A stretch of 34,585 bases of DNA from Pleomorphomonadaceae bacterium (GTDB lineage: Bacteria > Chloroflexota > Limnocylindria > QHBO01). The DNA lies in the NCBI GenBank assembly GCA_035514415.1, contig DATKBC010000116.1, positions 1-34,585 on the forward strand. Direction: 5' to 3'. How positions within the stretch are numbered: position 1 is the first letter of the stretch; each line of letters begins with the position of its first letter. Made by a program: the position numbers and the translations under genes. The notes below the pieces were generated by a model, which saw only the letters and a program-made list of their open reading frames with translations, made no database searches and had not been told where the DNA came from. Shown here piece by piece: positions 16,428 to 24,987 of this stretch.

Positions 16428-18677
16428 CTGGACCTGCAGTCGCTCGTCGCCCTCATCCCGGCCCTGCCGCTGGCCGGCTTCCTGTTCGCGGTGCTGGTTG
16501 GGCCGCGCTTCGACCGGATTCCGAAGCACGCCGAGCACGGTGAGGAGCACGGTGCGGAGCACGGTGCGGGGGCAGGGCACGACACGGGCGGCGACGCACA
16601 TGACCCCCACGACGCGCCCGTCGACGAGTCCGGGTTCCGCAGCGTCCCGACCGAGGAGGAGCAGCGCGAAACCTCGCCCCACCGGGGCCACGCCGACGAC
16701 CTGGCCAACGCCAACGGGGCCGACGGAATCATCCCCGACGAGCTGAACGACGGGCGCGGGCAGCCCGGCCATGTGACGCCCGGCGGGTCGCGGCCGGTCT
16801 ACCGCTCGTGGTGGGTCCCGGTGGCTCTGGTGGCCGCGGCCTGGGCCGCTTCGATGGCCATCTTCGCGTCGGTCATCTTCCAGGGGGCGGAGTACCACGT
16901 CACGGTCTACGACTGGATCGTGTCGGGCGATTTCCGGATCGAGATCTCGTTCTTCGTGGACGCGCTGACCGCGGTCCTCCTGCTGGTGGTCAGCACGGTC
17001 GGCCTGCTGGTCCACGTCTATTCGATCGGTTACATGGACGGCGACCGCAGCGTGTGGCGCTTCTTCGCCTACCTGAACCTGTTCATGTTCAGCATGCTGC
17101 TGCTGATCCTGGCCGACAACTTCCTGCTCCTGTACGTGGGCTGGGAGGCAGTCGGCCTGTGCTCGTACCTCCTCATCGGCTATTGGTACAAGAAGCCGTC
17201 GGCGGCGGGCGCAGCCAAGAAGGCGTTCATCGTCAACCGGGTCGGCGACTTTGGCTTTGGGCTGGGCGTGATCCTGATCTGGACCCTGCTCGGCACGCTG
17301 ACCTTCGAGGGCGTCTTCGCCGGCATCGGCGGGCTCGAGGGCTGGCAGATCACCCTCATCGCCCTGCTTCTGTTCGCGGGTGCGGTGGGCAAGAGCGCCC
17401 AGTTCCCGCTCCACGTCTGGCTGCCCGATGCCATGGAGGGCCCCACCCCGGTCAGCGCCCTCATCCACGCCGCGACCATGGTCAACGCCGGCGTCTACCT
17501 CGTGGCGCGCGCCAACCCGATCTTCGCCGAGGCGCCGACCGCCATGTGGGTCGTCGCCATCATCGGCGCCTTCACCGCCATCTTCGCCGCCGCCATCGCG
17601 CTGACCCAGAACGACATCAAGAAGGTGCTCGCCTACTCGACCGTCAGCCAGCTGGCGTACATGTTCTTCGGGCTGGGGATCGGGGCCTGGGCGGCGGCCA
17701 TCTTCCACCTGCTGACCCACGGGTTCTTCAAGGGTCTCCTGTTCATGGCCTCGGGATCGGTCATCCATGGGGCCGGCGGGGAGCAGGACATGCGCTTCAT
17801 GGGCGGCCTCCGGGAACGCATGCGCTGGACGTACGGGACCATGGTCGTGGGCGCCCTGGCGTTGGCCGGGATCCCGATCTTCGCGGGGTTCTTCAGCAAG
17901 GACGAGATCCTGTCGGAGGCCTTCGCCCGTGGCTACCCGATCTACTGGGCGGTGGGCATCGGGGTTGCGTTCCTGACTGCGTTCTACACGTTCCGCATGA
18001 TCTTCATGACCTTCCACGGCTCGTGGCGCGGGCCAGCGGCCGCCTGGAAGCACGTCCACGAGAGCGCACCGACCATCGTGGCGCCGCTGGTCATCCTGGC
18101 CGTGCCCACCGCGCTGGCCGGGCTGCTGCTTGGCATCCCGCCTGAGGGCGGCACCATCCACCTGTGGCTGGAGGAGGTCTTCGCCGGTGCCGAGGGGCTC
18201 GGCGCCGGCATCCAGCCCGGATCCATCCTGGCCGAGGCCAGGGAGCATGGGGAGGCGCACGGCTTCGAGCTGCTCGGCCTGGGCGGGCTGCTGCTGCTGG
18301 CCGGGGCGTCGGTCGGCCTGGCCGGGATCCTGCTCGCCCGGCGCTGGTACGTCCAGGATCCCGAGGCGCCGGCGCGCTTCGTGCAGCGCATCCCATTCGG
18401 GCTGGGGCCGGGCATGTATCGGGCCAGCCTGAACAAGTACTACTTCGACGACCTGTACCAGCTCGTCTTCTCCCGCGGCGGCGTGGTGCTCTCCAACGCC
18501 CTGTGGTGGTTCGACGTGAAGGTCATCGACGGGGCTGTCAACGGCGTCGGCTGGCTGGCCCAGCGCCTGGGCGGCGGGTTGCGCCGGTCCCAGACCGGTC
18601 GGGTCCAGAACTACGGGTTGGGGATCGCGGCCGGGTTGGTCATCGTGCTGCTGGTCTACGCCACGGTGGTGCGCTGA
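16428..18677 (+). CDS. nuoL: NADH-quinone oxidoreductase subunit L with a ~100-aa His/acidic-rich insertion after TM1; probable CTG start
   Basis: Motifs are WEAVGLCSYLLIGYWY and HVWLPDAMEGPTPVSALIHAATMVNAGVYL. The conserved TM1 (LVALIPALPLAGFLFAVLVG) lies upstream of the first ATG/GTG/TTG at 16491. The frame opens at 16416. CTG 16428 sits 7 nt after the SD GAAGGAG. Confidence 0.85.
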   Translation: MDLQSLVALIPALPLAGFLFAVLVGPRFDRIPKHAEHGEEHGAEHGAGAGHDTGGDAHDPHDAPVDESGFRSVPTEEEQRETSPHRGHADDLANANGADGIIPDELNDGRGQPGHVTPGGSRPVYRSWWVPVALVAAAWAASMAIFASVIFQGAEYHVTVYDWIVSGDFRIEISFFVDALTAVLLLVVSTVGLLVHVYSIGYMDGDRSVWRFFAYLNLFMFSMLLLILADNFLLLYVGWEAVGLCSYLLIGYWYKKPSAAGAAKKAFIVNRVGDFGFGLGVILIWTLLGTLTFEGVFAGIGGLEGWQITLIALLLFAGAVGKSAQFPLHVWLPDAMEGPTPVSALIHAATMVNAGVYLVARANPIFAEAPTAMWVVAIIGAFTAIFAAAIALTQNDIKKVLAYSTVSQLAYMFFGLGIGAWAAAIFHLLTHGFFKGLLFMASGSVIHGAGGEQDMRFMGGLRERMRWTYGTMVVGALALAGIPIFAGFFSKDEILSEAFARGYPIYWAVGIGVAFLTAFYTFRMIFMTFHGSWRGPAAAWKHVHESAPTIVAPLVILAVPTALAGLLLGIPPEGGTIHLWLEEVFAGAEGLGAGIQPGSILAEAREHGEAHGFELLGLGGLLLLAGASVGLAGILLARRWYVQDPEAPARFVQRIPFGLGPGMYRASLNKYYFDDLYQLVFSRGGVVLSNALWWFDVKVIDGAVNGVGWLAQRLGGGLRRSQTGRVQNYGLGIAAGLVIVLLVYATVVR
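16533..16568 (+). repeat. 3 x 12-nt tandem repeat inside nuoL encoding (EHGE/A)3
   Basis: The three units are gagcacggtgag, gagcacggtgcg and gagcacggtgcg. Units 2 and 3 are identical, and unit 1 differs from them at one position. Confidence 0.9.
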
Positions 18678-18678
18678 C

Positions 18679-20205
18679 ATGAGCGGCCTGCCGGTGCTGT
18701 CGCTGATCGTCTTCACGCCGCTGCTGGGCGTGGCGGCCCTGCTGTTCGTGCCGGGCGCCAACCATCGGCTCATTCGCTGGGTGGCCCTGCTGGCGGCCAT
18801 GGGAAGCCTGGGCTTCAGCCTGTTCCTGGTGGGCTACGACCCGGCTGGAGCGGAGTTCCAGTTCCGCGAGGACCTTTCGTGGATCAGCGCGTTCGGGATC
18901 CGCTACCAGCTGGGCGTGGACGGCATGAGCGGGGTGCTGGTGCTGCTCACCACGGTCCTGAGCGTGGTCAGCATCCTGTACTCCTGGGGGCCGATCCAGA
19001 TGCGGGTCAGGGAGTACTACGCCGCCATGCTGCTCCTGATGGCCGGCATGCTCGGCGTGTTCGTGGCGCTCGACCTGTTCGTGTTCTACGTCTTCTGGGA
19101 GCTGAGCCTGATCCCGATGTACCTGGTGATCGGGATCTGGGGCGGTCCACAGCGCATCTACGCCACGGTGAAGTTCGTCATCTACACCCTGGTCGGCTCG
19201 CTCCTCATGCTGGTCGCCATCCTGGCCGTGGTCATCGCCCATGCCAACCTCCCGGGCGGGACGTTCACGTTCAGCTACGAAGCCCTGCGCGGCGCCCCGT
19301 TCCCCCACCTGCTCCAGGCCGGCGCGTTCATCGCGTTCGGGCTGGCATTTGCCATCAAGGTGCCGATGTGGCCCTTCCACACCTGGCTGCCCGATGCTCA
19401 CGTGGAGGCCCCGACCGCGGGCTCCATCATCCTGGCCGGGGTCCTGCTCAAGCTGGGGGGCTACGGGTTCCTGCGCTTCAGCCTGCCGCTGCTGCCCGAT
19501 GCGGCCCAGTCCTTCGCGCCGCTCATGATCGGCCTGTCCCTGATCGCCATCATCTACGGCGCGCTGGTGGCCATGGTCCAGCCCGATCTGAAGAAACTGA
19601 TCGCCTACTCGAGCGTCTCGCACATGGGGTTCGTGATGCTGGGCGCGTTCGTCTTCAACACCCAGGGCCTGCAGGGCGCCATCTTCCAGATGGTCAGCCA
19701 CGGGATCACGACCGGGGCCCTGTTCCTCCTGGTGGGAGTCATCTACGAACGCACCCACGACCGGCTGATCAGCCACATGGGCGGGCTCAACGCCCGCATG
19801 CCGGCCTACGCGGCGATGTTCGGGCTGTTCACCTTCGCCAGCATCGGCTTACCGGGGCTGTCGGGGTTCGTGGGCGAGTTCCTGGTCATGCTCGGCGCGT
19901 TCCAGTACTCCCCGTGGGTGGCAGCCTGGGCCATGCTGGTGGTGATCGCCAGCGCGGTCTACATGCTCTGGATGTTCCAGCGCGCGTTTTTCGCGGTCCC
20001 CTCGGACTGGATGCGGCGGGCCTGGGGCGGGTTGCGTGACCTGACCCGCGTCGAATGGCTGTCGCTGGCCCCGCTGGTGTTCCTGGTCGTGGCCCTGGGC
20101 GTCTACCCGGCCCCCGTCCTGGAGGCCACCGCGGGGCCGGTGCAGCGCATCCTCGAGGCGGTTCAGAGCGCTGCGGGGCTCAACCTGATCGCATGGCCAT
20201 GGTGA
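18679..20205 (+). CDS. nuoM: NADH-quinone oxidoreductase subunit M
   Basis: Motifs are FVFYVFWELSLIPMYLVIGIWGG, HTWLPDAHVEAPTAGSIILAGVLLKLGGYG and AYSSVSHMG. Confidence 0.92.
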   Translation: MSGLPVLSLIVFTPLLGVAALLFVPGANHRLIRWVALLAAMGSLGFSLFLVGYDPAGAEFQFREDLSWISAFGIRYQLGVDGMSGVLVLLTTVLSVVSILYSWGPIQMRVREYYAAMLLLMAGMLGVFVALDLFVFYVFWELSLIPMYLVIGIWGGPQRIYATVKFVIYTLVGSLLMLVAILAVVIAHANLPGGTFTFSYEALRGAPFPHLLQAGAFIAFGLAFAIKVPMWPFHTWLPDAHVEAPTAGSIILAGVLLKLGGYGFLRFSLPLLPDAAQSFAPLMIGLSLIAIIYGALVAMVQPDLKKLIAYSSVSHMGFVMLGAFVFNTQGLQGAIFQMVSHGITTGALFLLVGVIYERTHDRLISHMGGLNARMPAYAAMFGLFTFASIGLPGLSGFVGEFLVMLGAFQYSPWVAAWAMLVVIASAVYMLWMFQRAFFAVPSDWMRRAWGGLRDLTRVEWLSLAPLVFLVVALGVYPAPVLEATAGPVQRILEAVQSAAGLNLIAWPW

Positions 20206-20212
20206 GAACGGC

Positions 20213-21664
20213 ATGAACGACCCCGCCGCCCTGTACGCGCTGCTTCCCGAGGCGGTCCTGGCCATCTCGATCCTGGTGATCATCACCGTCGACCTTTTCC
20301 TGGCGCGGGAGCGCAAGTGGCTGCTGACCCCGCTCACCGTGGCTGGCCTGGCGGCCACCGCGCTGGCCATCGCCGCGGTCTGGAACACCCCGCCCGGCGG
20401 GGCGTTGGCGGGAGGGGTCTACACCGTCGACCGGCTGTCCCTGGTGCTCAAGCTGACGGCGGTCGGTATCGGTCTGTTGACCACCATGTTCGCGCCGGGC
20501 TACCTGGTCGTCAGGCGCCTGCCGCTGGGCGAGTTCAACGCCATCCTGCTGTTCTCCACCCTGGGCATCTTCGTCCTGGCCAGCAGCGCCGATCTCATCA
20601 CCCTGTTCCTGGGCCTCGAGCTGATGGTCATGCCGGCCTACCTGCTGACCGCTTTCCACAAGACGGATCGGTTCAGCAACGAGGGCGGGCTGAAGTACTT
20701 CCTCCTCGGATCGTTCGCGAGCGCCATCCTCCTGTTTGGGATCGCCTGGACCTACGGCCTGACCGGCTCGACCGTGTTCAGCGAGATCGCCGAGGTGTTC
20801 TCGGACGGGTTGATGAACGGGGCAGTGCTGGTGGCGATCGGCTTCCTGACCGTGGGCGCGACCTTCAAGGCGGCCGCGGTGCCGTTCCACTTCTGGACCC
20901 CGGACGCCTACCAGGGCGCCCCGACGCCGATCACCGGGTTCCTGTCGGTAGGCCCCAAACTGGGCGCCTTTGCCCTGCTGCTGCGCCTGTTCAGCGAGGC
21001 GCTCGGACCCCTGCGCGCCGACTGGCTGGACGTGTTCGTGGTCTTGGCGGTGGTGACCATGACCTTCGGCAACGTGGTGGCCCTGACCCAGACCAACGTG
21101 AAGCGGATGCTGGCCTATTCGTCGATCGCCCACACCGGCTACATCCTGGCCGGGCTGTCGGCGTTCGCGGCAGCCAGAGATCCACAGGTTGCCACCCAGG
21201 CCATCGAGGCGGTCGTGTTCTACCTGGTCGGCTACTCGGTGATGAACATCGCGGCCTTTGCCGTGGTCGGCATGTTGCAGCGTGACGTGCGCCGGTACGG
21301 TGGGTTGGGCTCGTTCGCCGGCCTCGCCGGGCGCCAGCCGGCGCTGGCCGCGGCCATGACTGTCCTGCTCCTGTCGCTGACCGGTATCCCGCCCACGGTC
21401 GGGTTCTTCGCCAAGCTGTACGTCCTGCTGGCGTCGGTCGACGCGGGCCTGGCCTGGCTGGCAGTGGCCATCGCACTGAATGCCGCCCTGGCCGCGTTCT
21501 ACTACCTGCGGGTCGTCGTGTACATGTACATGCGTGACCCGGAGGCCGAGCCGGCGGAGGTGGAGCGCTCCGGCGTAGGTCGCCTGGCGCTGGGCCTCAG
21601 CGTGGCCGGCGTGCTCCTGCTCGGCATCTTCCCAGGCATCCTGCTGGGGTGGCTGCCGGCTTGA
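20213..21664 (+). CDS. nuoN: NADH-quinone oxidoreductase subunit N
   Basis: Motifs are LGLELMVMPAYLL, PFHFWTPDAYQGAPTPITGF and AYSSIAHTGYIL. Confidence 0.92.
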   Translation: MNDPAALYALLPEAVLAISILVIITVDLFLARERKWLLTPLTVAGLAATALAIAAVWNTPPGGALAGGVYTVDRLSLVLKLTAVGIGLLTTMFAPGYLVVRRLPLGEFNAILLFSTLGIFVLASSADLITLFLGLELMVMPAYLLTAFHKTDRFSNEGGLKYFLLGSFASAILLFGIAWTYGLTGSTVFSEIAEVFSDGLMNGAVLVAIGFLTVGATFKAAAVPFHFWTPDAYQGAPTPITGFLSVGPKLGAFALLLRLFSEALGPLRADWLDVFVVLAVVTMTFGNVVALTQTNVKRMLAYSSIAHTGYILAGLSAFAAARDPQVATQAIEAVVFYLVGYSVMNIAAFAVVGMLQRDVRRYGGLGSFAGLAGRQPALAAAMTVLLLSLTGIPPTVGFFAKLYVLLASVDAGLAWLAVAIALNAALAAFYYLRVVVYMYMRDPEAEPAEVERSGVGRLALGLSVAGVLLLGIFPGILLGWLPA

Positions 21665-22341
21665 CCACACGCCGTGCCAGCGGGCTGGCGCTCCCACTGA
21701 CCCTCGCCCTGCTGGGCGTGGTCCTGATCCTGGCCGGCCAGCTGCCGCTGGACGAGGGCGCGCGGCCAAGCCTGGCGCCGATCGCGACCCCCACCCCGGT
21801 GGCGGGAACCCAGACGCCCGGCGCCACTCCCTCGACGGATGGCACGCCTGAATCCACCCCCGAAGTCACGCCGATCCCCAGCGACTGGGTGGCGACCCAG
21901 ATCCAGATCGAGTCGGTGGGCGTCAACGTCCAGGTCCTGCGGCTGGCGCCCGGCGAGCCCCTCGGCGTTTGCTGCGCCTACCTGCTCCCGCAGACCGCGG
22001 ACCCCGGCCGCGGGACGAACTCGTACATCGTGGCCCACGCCCTGCAGCCGCTGTTCATCGGCCTGTGGAACGTCCAGCTTGGCGCCGAGGTGCGGGTCCT
22101 GATGTCCGACGGCCAGGTCCTCCACTACCGGGTGACCGAGATCCACCCCAACGTATCCTGCCCCGACCCGGACGCCGAACCGATGCCCAACCCGCCCTTG
22201 GACCTCCTGTATGCGGGCCCGGGTTGCGAGGAGGGTGGCCGCTGGACGGCAGCCACCGACCACGAGCGCTTGACGCTGCAGACCTCACAAGGCTTCAACC
22301 GCAACTGGGGCGAGCTGGTCGTCGTTGCCCTGCCCATCTAG
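21649..22341 (+). CDS. Membrane-anchored sortase-fold protein with Ser in place of the catalytic Cys
   Basis: It has an N-terminal TM segment (LALPLTLALLGVVLILAG) and a Pro/Thr-rich linker. Sortase-like blocks follow: IQIESVGVNVQV, PGRGTNSYIVAHALQPLF..L.LGAEV, YRVTEI and ERLTLQTSQG...ELVVVA (canonical TLxTC...R..V.A). The start is GTG 21649 or TTG 21661, which overlaps the nuoN stop. Confidence 0.4.
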   Translation: MAAGLTTRRASGLALPLTLALLGVVLILAGQLPLDEGARPSLAPIATPTPVAGTQTPGATPSTDGTPESTPEVTPIPSDWVATQIQIESVGVNVQVLRLAPGEPLGVCCAYLLPQTADPGRGTNSYIVAHALQPLFIGLWNVQLGAEVRVLMSDGQVLHYRVTEIHPNVSCPDPDAEPMPNPPLDLLYAGPGCEEGGRWTAATDHERLTLQTSQGFNRNWGELVVVALPI

Positions 22342-22358
22342 CCCCGATCTTCAACCCC

Positions 22359-23054
22359 TCAGAGGTCGCGACGCAGGAAAAGGAGCGCCGCCACGCCCCA
22401 GAGGAGCCCTGCCACGGCCATGCACAGGCCGATGGCCTGGAGGCCGATCGTGATCGGCCGATTGGCGGGGTCCATTCCGGCCACCAGCCAGTAGCCGCTT
22501 GCGGCATGAACGGCCGCATCACCCAGCATGACGAGCGGCACCGCCACGATCACGGCTAGCCCGATGACCGCCACCATCGTGACCCGGACCGGAGCGTAAA
22601 CCGCGACGACCAGCCCCGCTGCCGACAACGGCAGCCCCGGAGCGGCCGCGGCGACCAGGATCACGGCAACCGCAATTGCGTCCGGCGCCTGGAGCAGGGC
22701 GAGCGGCAGGGCCAGGCCGGCCAGGATCCCGGCCAGGACGAAGGCGACCAGCACCGCGAGCGCTGGCAACACGAACCAGGCGCCGACGAGCGCCGTTCGG
22801 GGCACCGCGCGGACCACCAGCCACGCGGCCGCGCCCGATCTGATCTCCTCGGCGAAGCCGGAACCCACCAGGGCCGCGCTCAGGACCGCGGCGGTCGCAA
22901 GGCCAACCGCGAGGGCGATGCGACCCGCCTCCCGTGACCCGGACTGGCCATCGACGATGACCGCGACGAAAGTCGCGATTGCCGGCAGGGCCAGGATTCC
23001 CAGCAGCCGGAGCTGGATCCACAGCTGGCGGGCGACGTGGATGGTGAGGATCAC
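22359..23054 (-). CDS. Polytopic membrane protein, ABC-2-type permease-like partner of the upstream ATPase-like gene
   Basis: The protein is 231 aa with about 6 hydrophobic segments. Its start overlaps the upstream stop by 4 nt. Confidence 0.55.
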   Translation of the reverse strand: MILTIHVARQLWIQLRLLGILALPAIATFVAVIVDGQSGSREAGRIALAVGLATAAVLSAALVGSGFAEEIRSGAAAWLVVRAVPRTALVGAWFVLPALAVLVAFVLAGILAGLALPLALLQAPDAIAVAVILVAAAAPGLPLSAAGLVVAVYAPVRVTMVAVIGLAVIVAVPLVMLGDAAVHAASGYWLVAGMDPANRPITIGLQAIGLCMAVAGLLWGVAALLFLRRDL

Positions 23055-23824
23055 GAGACGAGGTCTGCCAATGCGGTCAGACCGCGGAGGGAGAGGGGCA
23101 GACGCTGCGCGTCCAGCTCGCCAATCGGGGCGTGGAGGGTCACGCGTCCGTCGCGGATGAGGATTACGCGGTCCACGATGCCGCCCTGCTGGGCGGGATA
23201 GCGACTGGCGATCAGCACGGTTCGCCGCTCGCCGGGGATGCGGAGCAGCCGCAGCCGATCGGGTGGGGCAGCCGCGCGCAGCGGCTCGTCCAGGAGGAGC
23301 ACCTCGGGATCCGGAAGGAGAGCGGCCGCCAGGGCGGTGCGTTCAAGGATGATGCGCCCGGCGTGCTGCAACGGGCGGTCGCGGATGGCGCCCAGCTGAA
23401 AGTGCTGCAGGGACTCCTCGATCCGCCGCTGCCGGTCCGGACCGTCGATCCCGGACAGGCGGGCAGCCAGGTCCAGGCTCTCGGCCGCGGTCATCCACAG
23501 CGGAATGCCCGGATCCGCTCCCACGAACCCGATCCTCCGCGCCCAGCCCTCGGGAATCGCCGACCCGCGCTGGAGGCCGGCCAGGGTCACCGTGCCGCGA
23601 TCCGCTCGGGCCAGGCCGGCCATGATCCGCAGCAGGAGCGATGGCGCCTCAGCGTCAACCCCGGCCAGCAGGGCACGCGTCCCGACCGGCACGGCGAGCT
23701 CGATCCCGTCCAGGAGCGGCTGATTGCCAACCCGACGGGCGAGGTCGTTGACCTCAACCCCCACCGGCCGCAGTCGACCGGCAGCCGGCGACGACCACAG
23801 CGCGTCCGGTGTGGAGGTCGGCAT
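23051..23824 (-). CDS. ABC-ATPase-like protein with degenerate catalytic motifs
   Basis: The ABC fold is recognisable: VEVNDLARRVGNQPLLDGIEL, LLLRIMAGL, GTVTLAG and VLLLDEP. Walker A reads GVDAEAPS instead of GxxGxGKS/T. The Q-loop Gln is absent (VGADPG). The signature motif reads LQHAGRI instead of LSGGQ. The H-loop reads ASRY. Confidence 0.6.
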   Translation of the reverse strand: MPTSTPDALWSSPAAGRLRPVGVEVNDLARRVGNQPLLDGIELAVPVGTRALLAGVDAEAPSLLLRIMAGLARADRGTVTLAGLQRGSAIPEGWARRIGFVGADPGIPLWMTAAESLDLAARLSGIDGPDRQRRIEESLQHFQLGAIRDRPLQHAGRIILERTALAAALLPDPEVLLLDEPLRAAAPPDRLRLLRIPGERRTVLIASRYPAQQGGIVDRVILIRDGRVTLHAPIGELDAQRLPLSLRGLTALADLVS

Positions 23825-23863
23825 GGCTCGACTCTAGCGCGTCAGCGTTCGAGCCGAGCGCCT

Positions 23864-23891
23864 TGACACCTTCGAGTGGTCGTAATAGGAT
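23864..23891 (+). promoter_or_regulatory. Candidate promoter for the ArsR/PI-lipid operon in a divergent intergenic region
   Basis: TTGACA (23864-23869), 16-17 nt, then TAGGAT (23886-23891). It is the most AT-rich patch in the window (23881-23935). Confidence 0.3.
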
Positions 23892-23952
23892 AAGCATGGA
23901 CTTATATAAAGACCTCCTTACCTATCCACCTCAAGGAGCCCGTACGACACAC

Positions 23953-24318
23953 ATGACCCTGCAGCCCGCCGACTCGATGGCCACCCGCGACCTTCGCCTG
24001 CTGCGCGACCTGTACCGCGCCCTGGCCGACCCCACCCGGCTGCGGATCTGCGCGATCCTGGGCGAGTCGGGACCCCTTCCCGTCAATGAGCTGTCGTCCC
24101 GATTCGGGTTGTCCCAGCCGCTCATCAGCTGGCACCTCCGGATCCTGCGCACGGCCGGGCTGGTGGAGATGCGGCCCCACGGTCGCGAGAAGCTGTGCGC
24201 CCTGCGGCCCGCCGCCTTCGCGGCGCTGACGGCCGCCCAGCAGCGCCTGGTGGCAGGTGAGCTTAGGCTGGCCGCCACCCAGGGGTTGGATGCCGGAGGC
24301 GTGCTGCGTGTCCGCTGA
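23953..24318 (+). CDS. ArsR/SmtB-family transcriptional regulator
   Basis: Motifs are ALADPTRLRICAIL, PVNELSSRFGLSQPLISWHLRILRTAGLV and R.HGREK. I preferred ATG 23953. The codons between the alternative ATG 23896 and 23953 are A/T-ending and atypical for this genome. Confidence 0.8.
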   Translation: MTLQPADSMATRDLRLLRDLYRALADPTRLRICAILGESGPLPVNELSSRFGLSQPLISWHLRILRTAGLVEMRPHGREKLCALRPAAFAALTAAQQRLVAGELRLAATQGLDAGGVLRVR

Positions 24319-24982
24319 GCACACGCCGCGCGGCGACGCGCCCCTGTCGGACCGGCTCAAGGCGGCCGGGCGTGCCGCCGTGGCGCCGATCGTGAACGTC
24401 CTGGCCGCCGCCGGCGTAACGCCCAATTCGGTGACCGTTGCCGGCCTGATCCTTTTCTCTGCTTCCTCGCTCCTGATCTGGCAGCGGTCCCTGCTGTTGG
24501 GCGCGGTGTTCCTGACCATCGGCGCGAGCCTTGACGCCATTGACGGCGGCCTGGCCCGGGCGCGGGGCGGAGGCACGCCTTTCGGGGCCTTCCTGGACAG
24601 CACCCTGGACCGCACCGGCGAAGCCCTCGTGTACCTCGGCATCGTCGCGTTCTGGCTGGATCGGACGGCGCAGCCCTTCGTGCCGGTCATGCTGGCCGCC
24701 CTGGCCCTGAGCGGCTCGTTCCTGGTCAGCTACTCGCGGGCCCGGGCCGAAGCCGTCGGATTCACCGCCTCCAACGGCCTGGCGCCCCGTCCCGAGCGTT
24801 TGATCATCCTCATCCTGGGCCTCGCCCTGGCCGGGCTCGGCTACCCCATCGCCCTGCCGGTGGCGATGGGACTCATCGCCATCCTCGCCTGGGTGACCGT
24901 TGCCCAGCGCATTTTGAACGTTCGTCAGCAGGCGGCTTCCGCCGCCCTGCCTGCCCCCATCGGTCAAGACAAGGAGAGCTGA
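24290..24982 (+). CDS. pgsA1: CDP-alcohol phosphatidyltransferase, PgsA1-type phosphatidylinositol-phosphate synthase
   Basis: The CDP-OH-P motif is [40 protein letters not shown]...[11 protein letters not shown] closely parallels my memory of mycobacterial PgsA1. The start is ATG 24290 or GTG 24308, and either overlaps the ArsR 3' end. Confidence 0.85.
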   Translation: MPEACCVSAEHTPRGDAPLSDRLKAAGRAAVAPIVNVLAAAGVTPNSVTVAGLILFSASSLLIWQRSLLLGAVFLTIGASLDAIDGGLARARGGGTPFGAFLDSTLDRTGEALVYLGIVAFWLDRTAQPFVPVMLAALALSGSFLVSYSRARAEAVGFTASNGLAPRPERLIILILGLALAGLGYPIALPVAMGLIAILAWVTVAQRILNVRQQAASAALPAPIGQDKES

Positions 24983-24987
24983 ACATC

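Noticed and set aside
16368-18800. An 810-aa ORF on the minus strand, antisense to nuoL.
   Set aside because: Its composition is Arg/Pro/Gly/Asp/His-rich and low in complexity, with no recognisable motifs. It lies exactly opposite a strongly conserved nuoL frame. Long antisense ORFs of this kind are expected in 70% GC DNA.
23896-23952. The alternative ArsR start at ATG 23896 (MDLYKDLLTYPPQGARTTH).
   Set aside because: Codons in this stretch end mostly in A or T (tta, tat, aaa, ctt, cca, caa, gga), unlike every confident gene here. The stretch looks like promoter or leader DNA.
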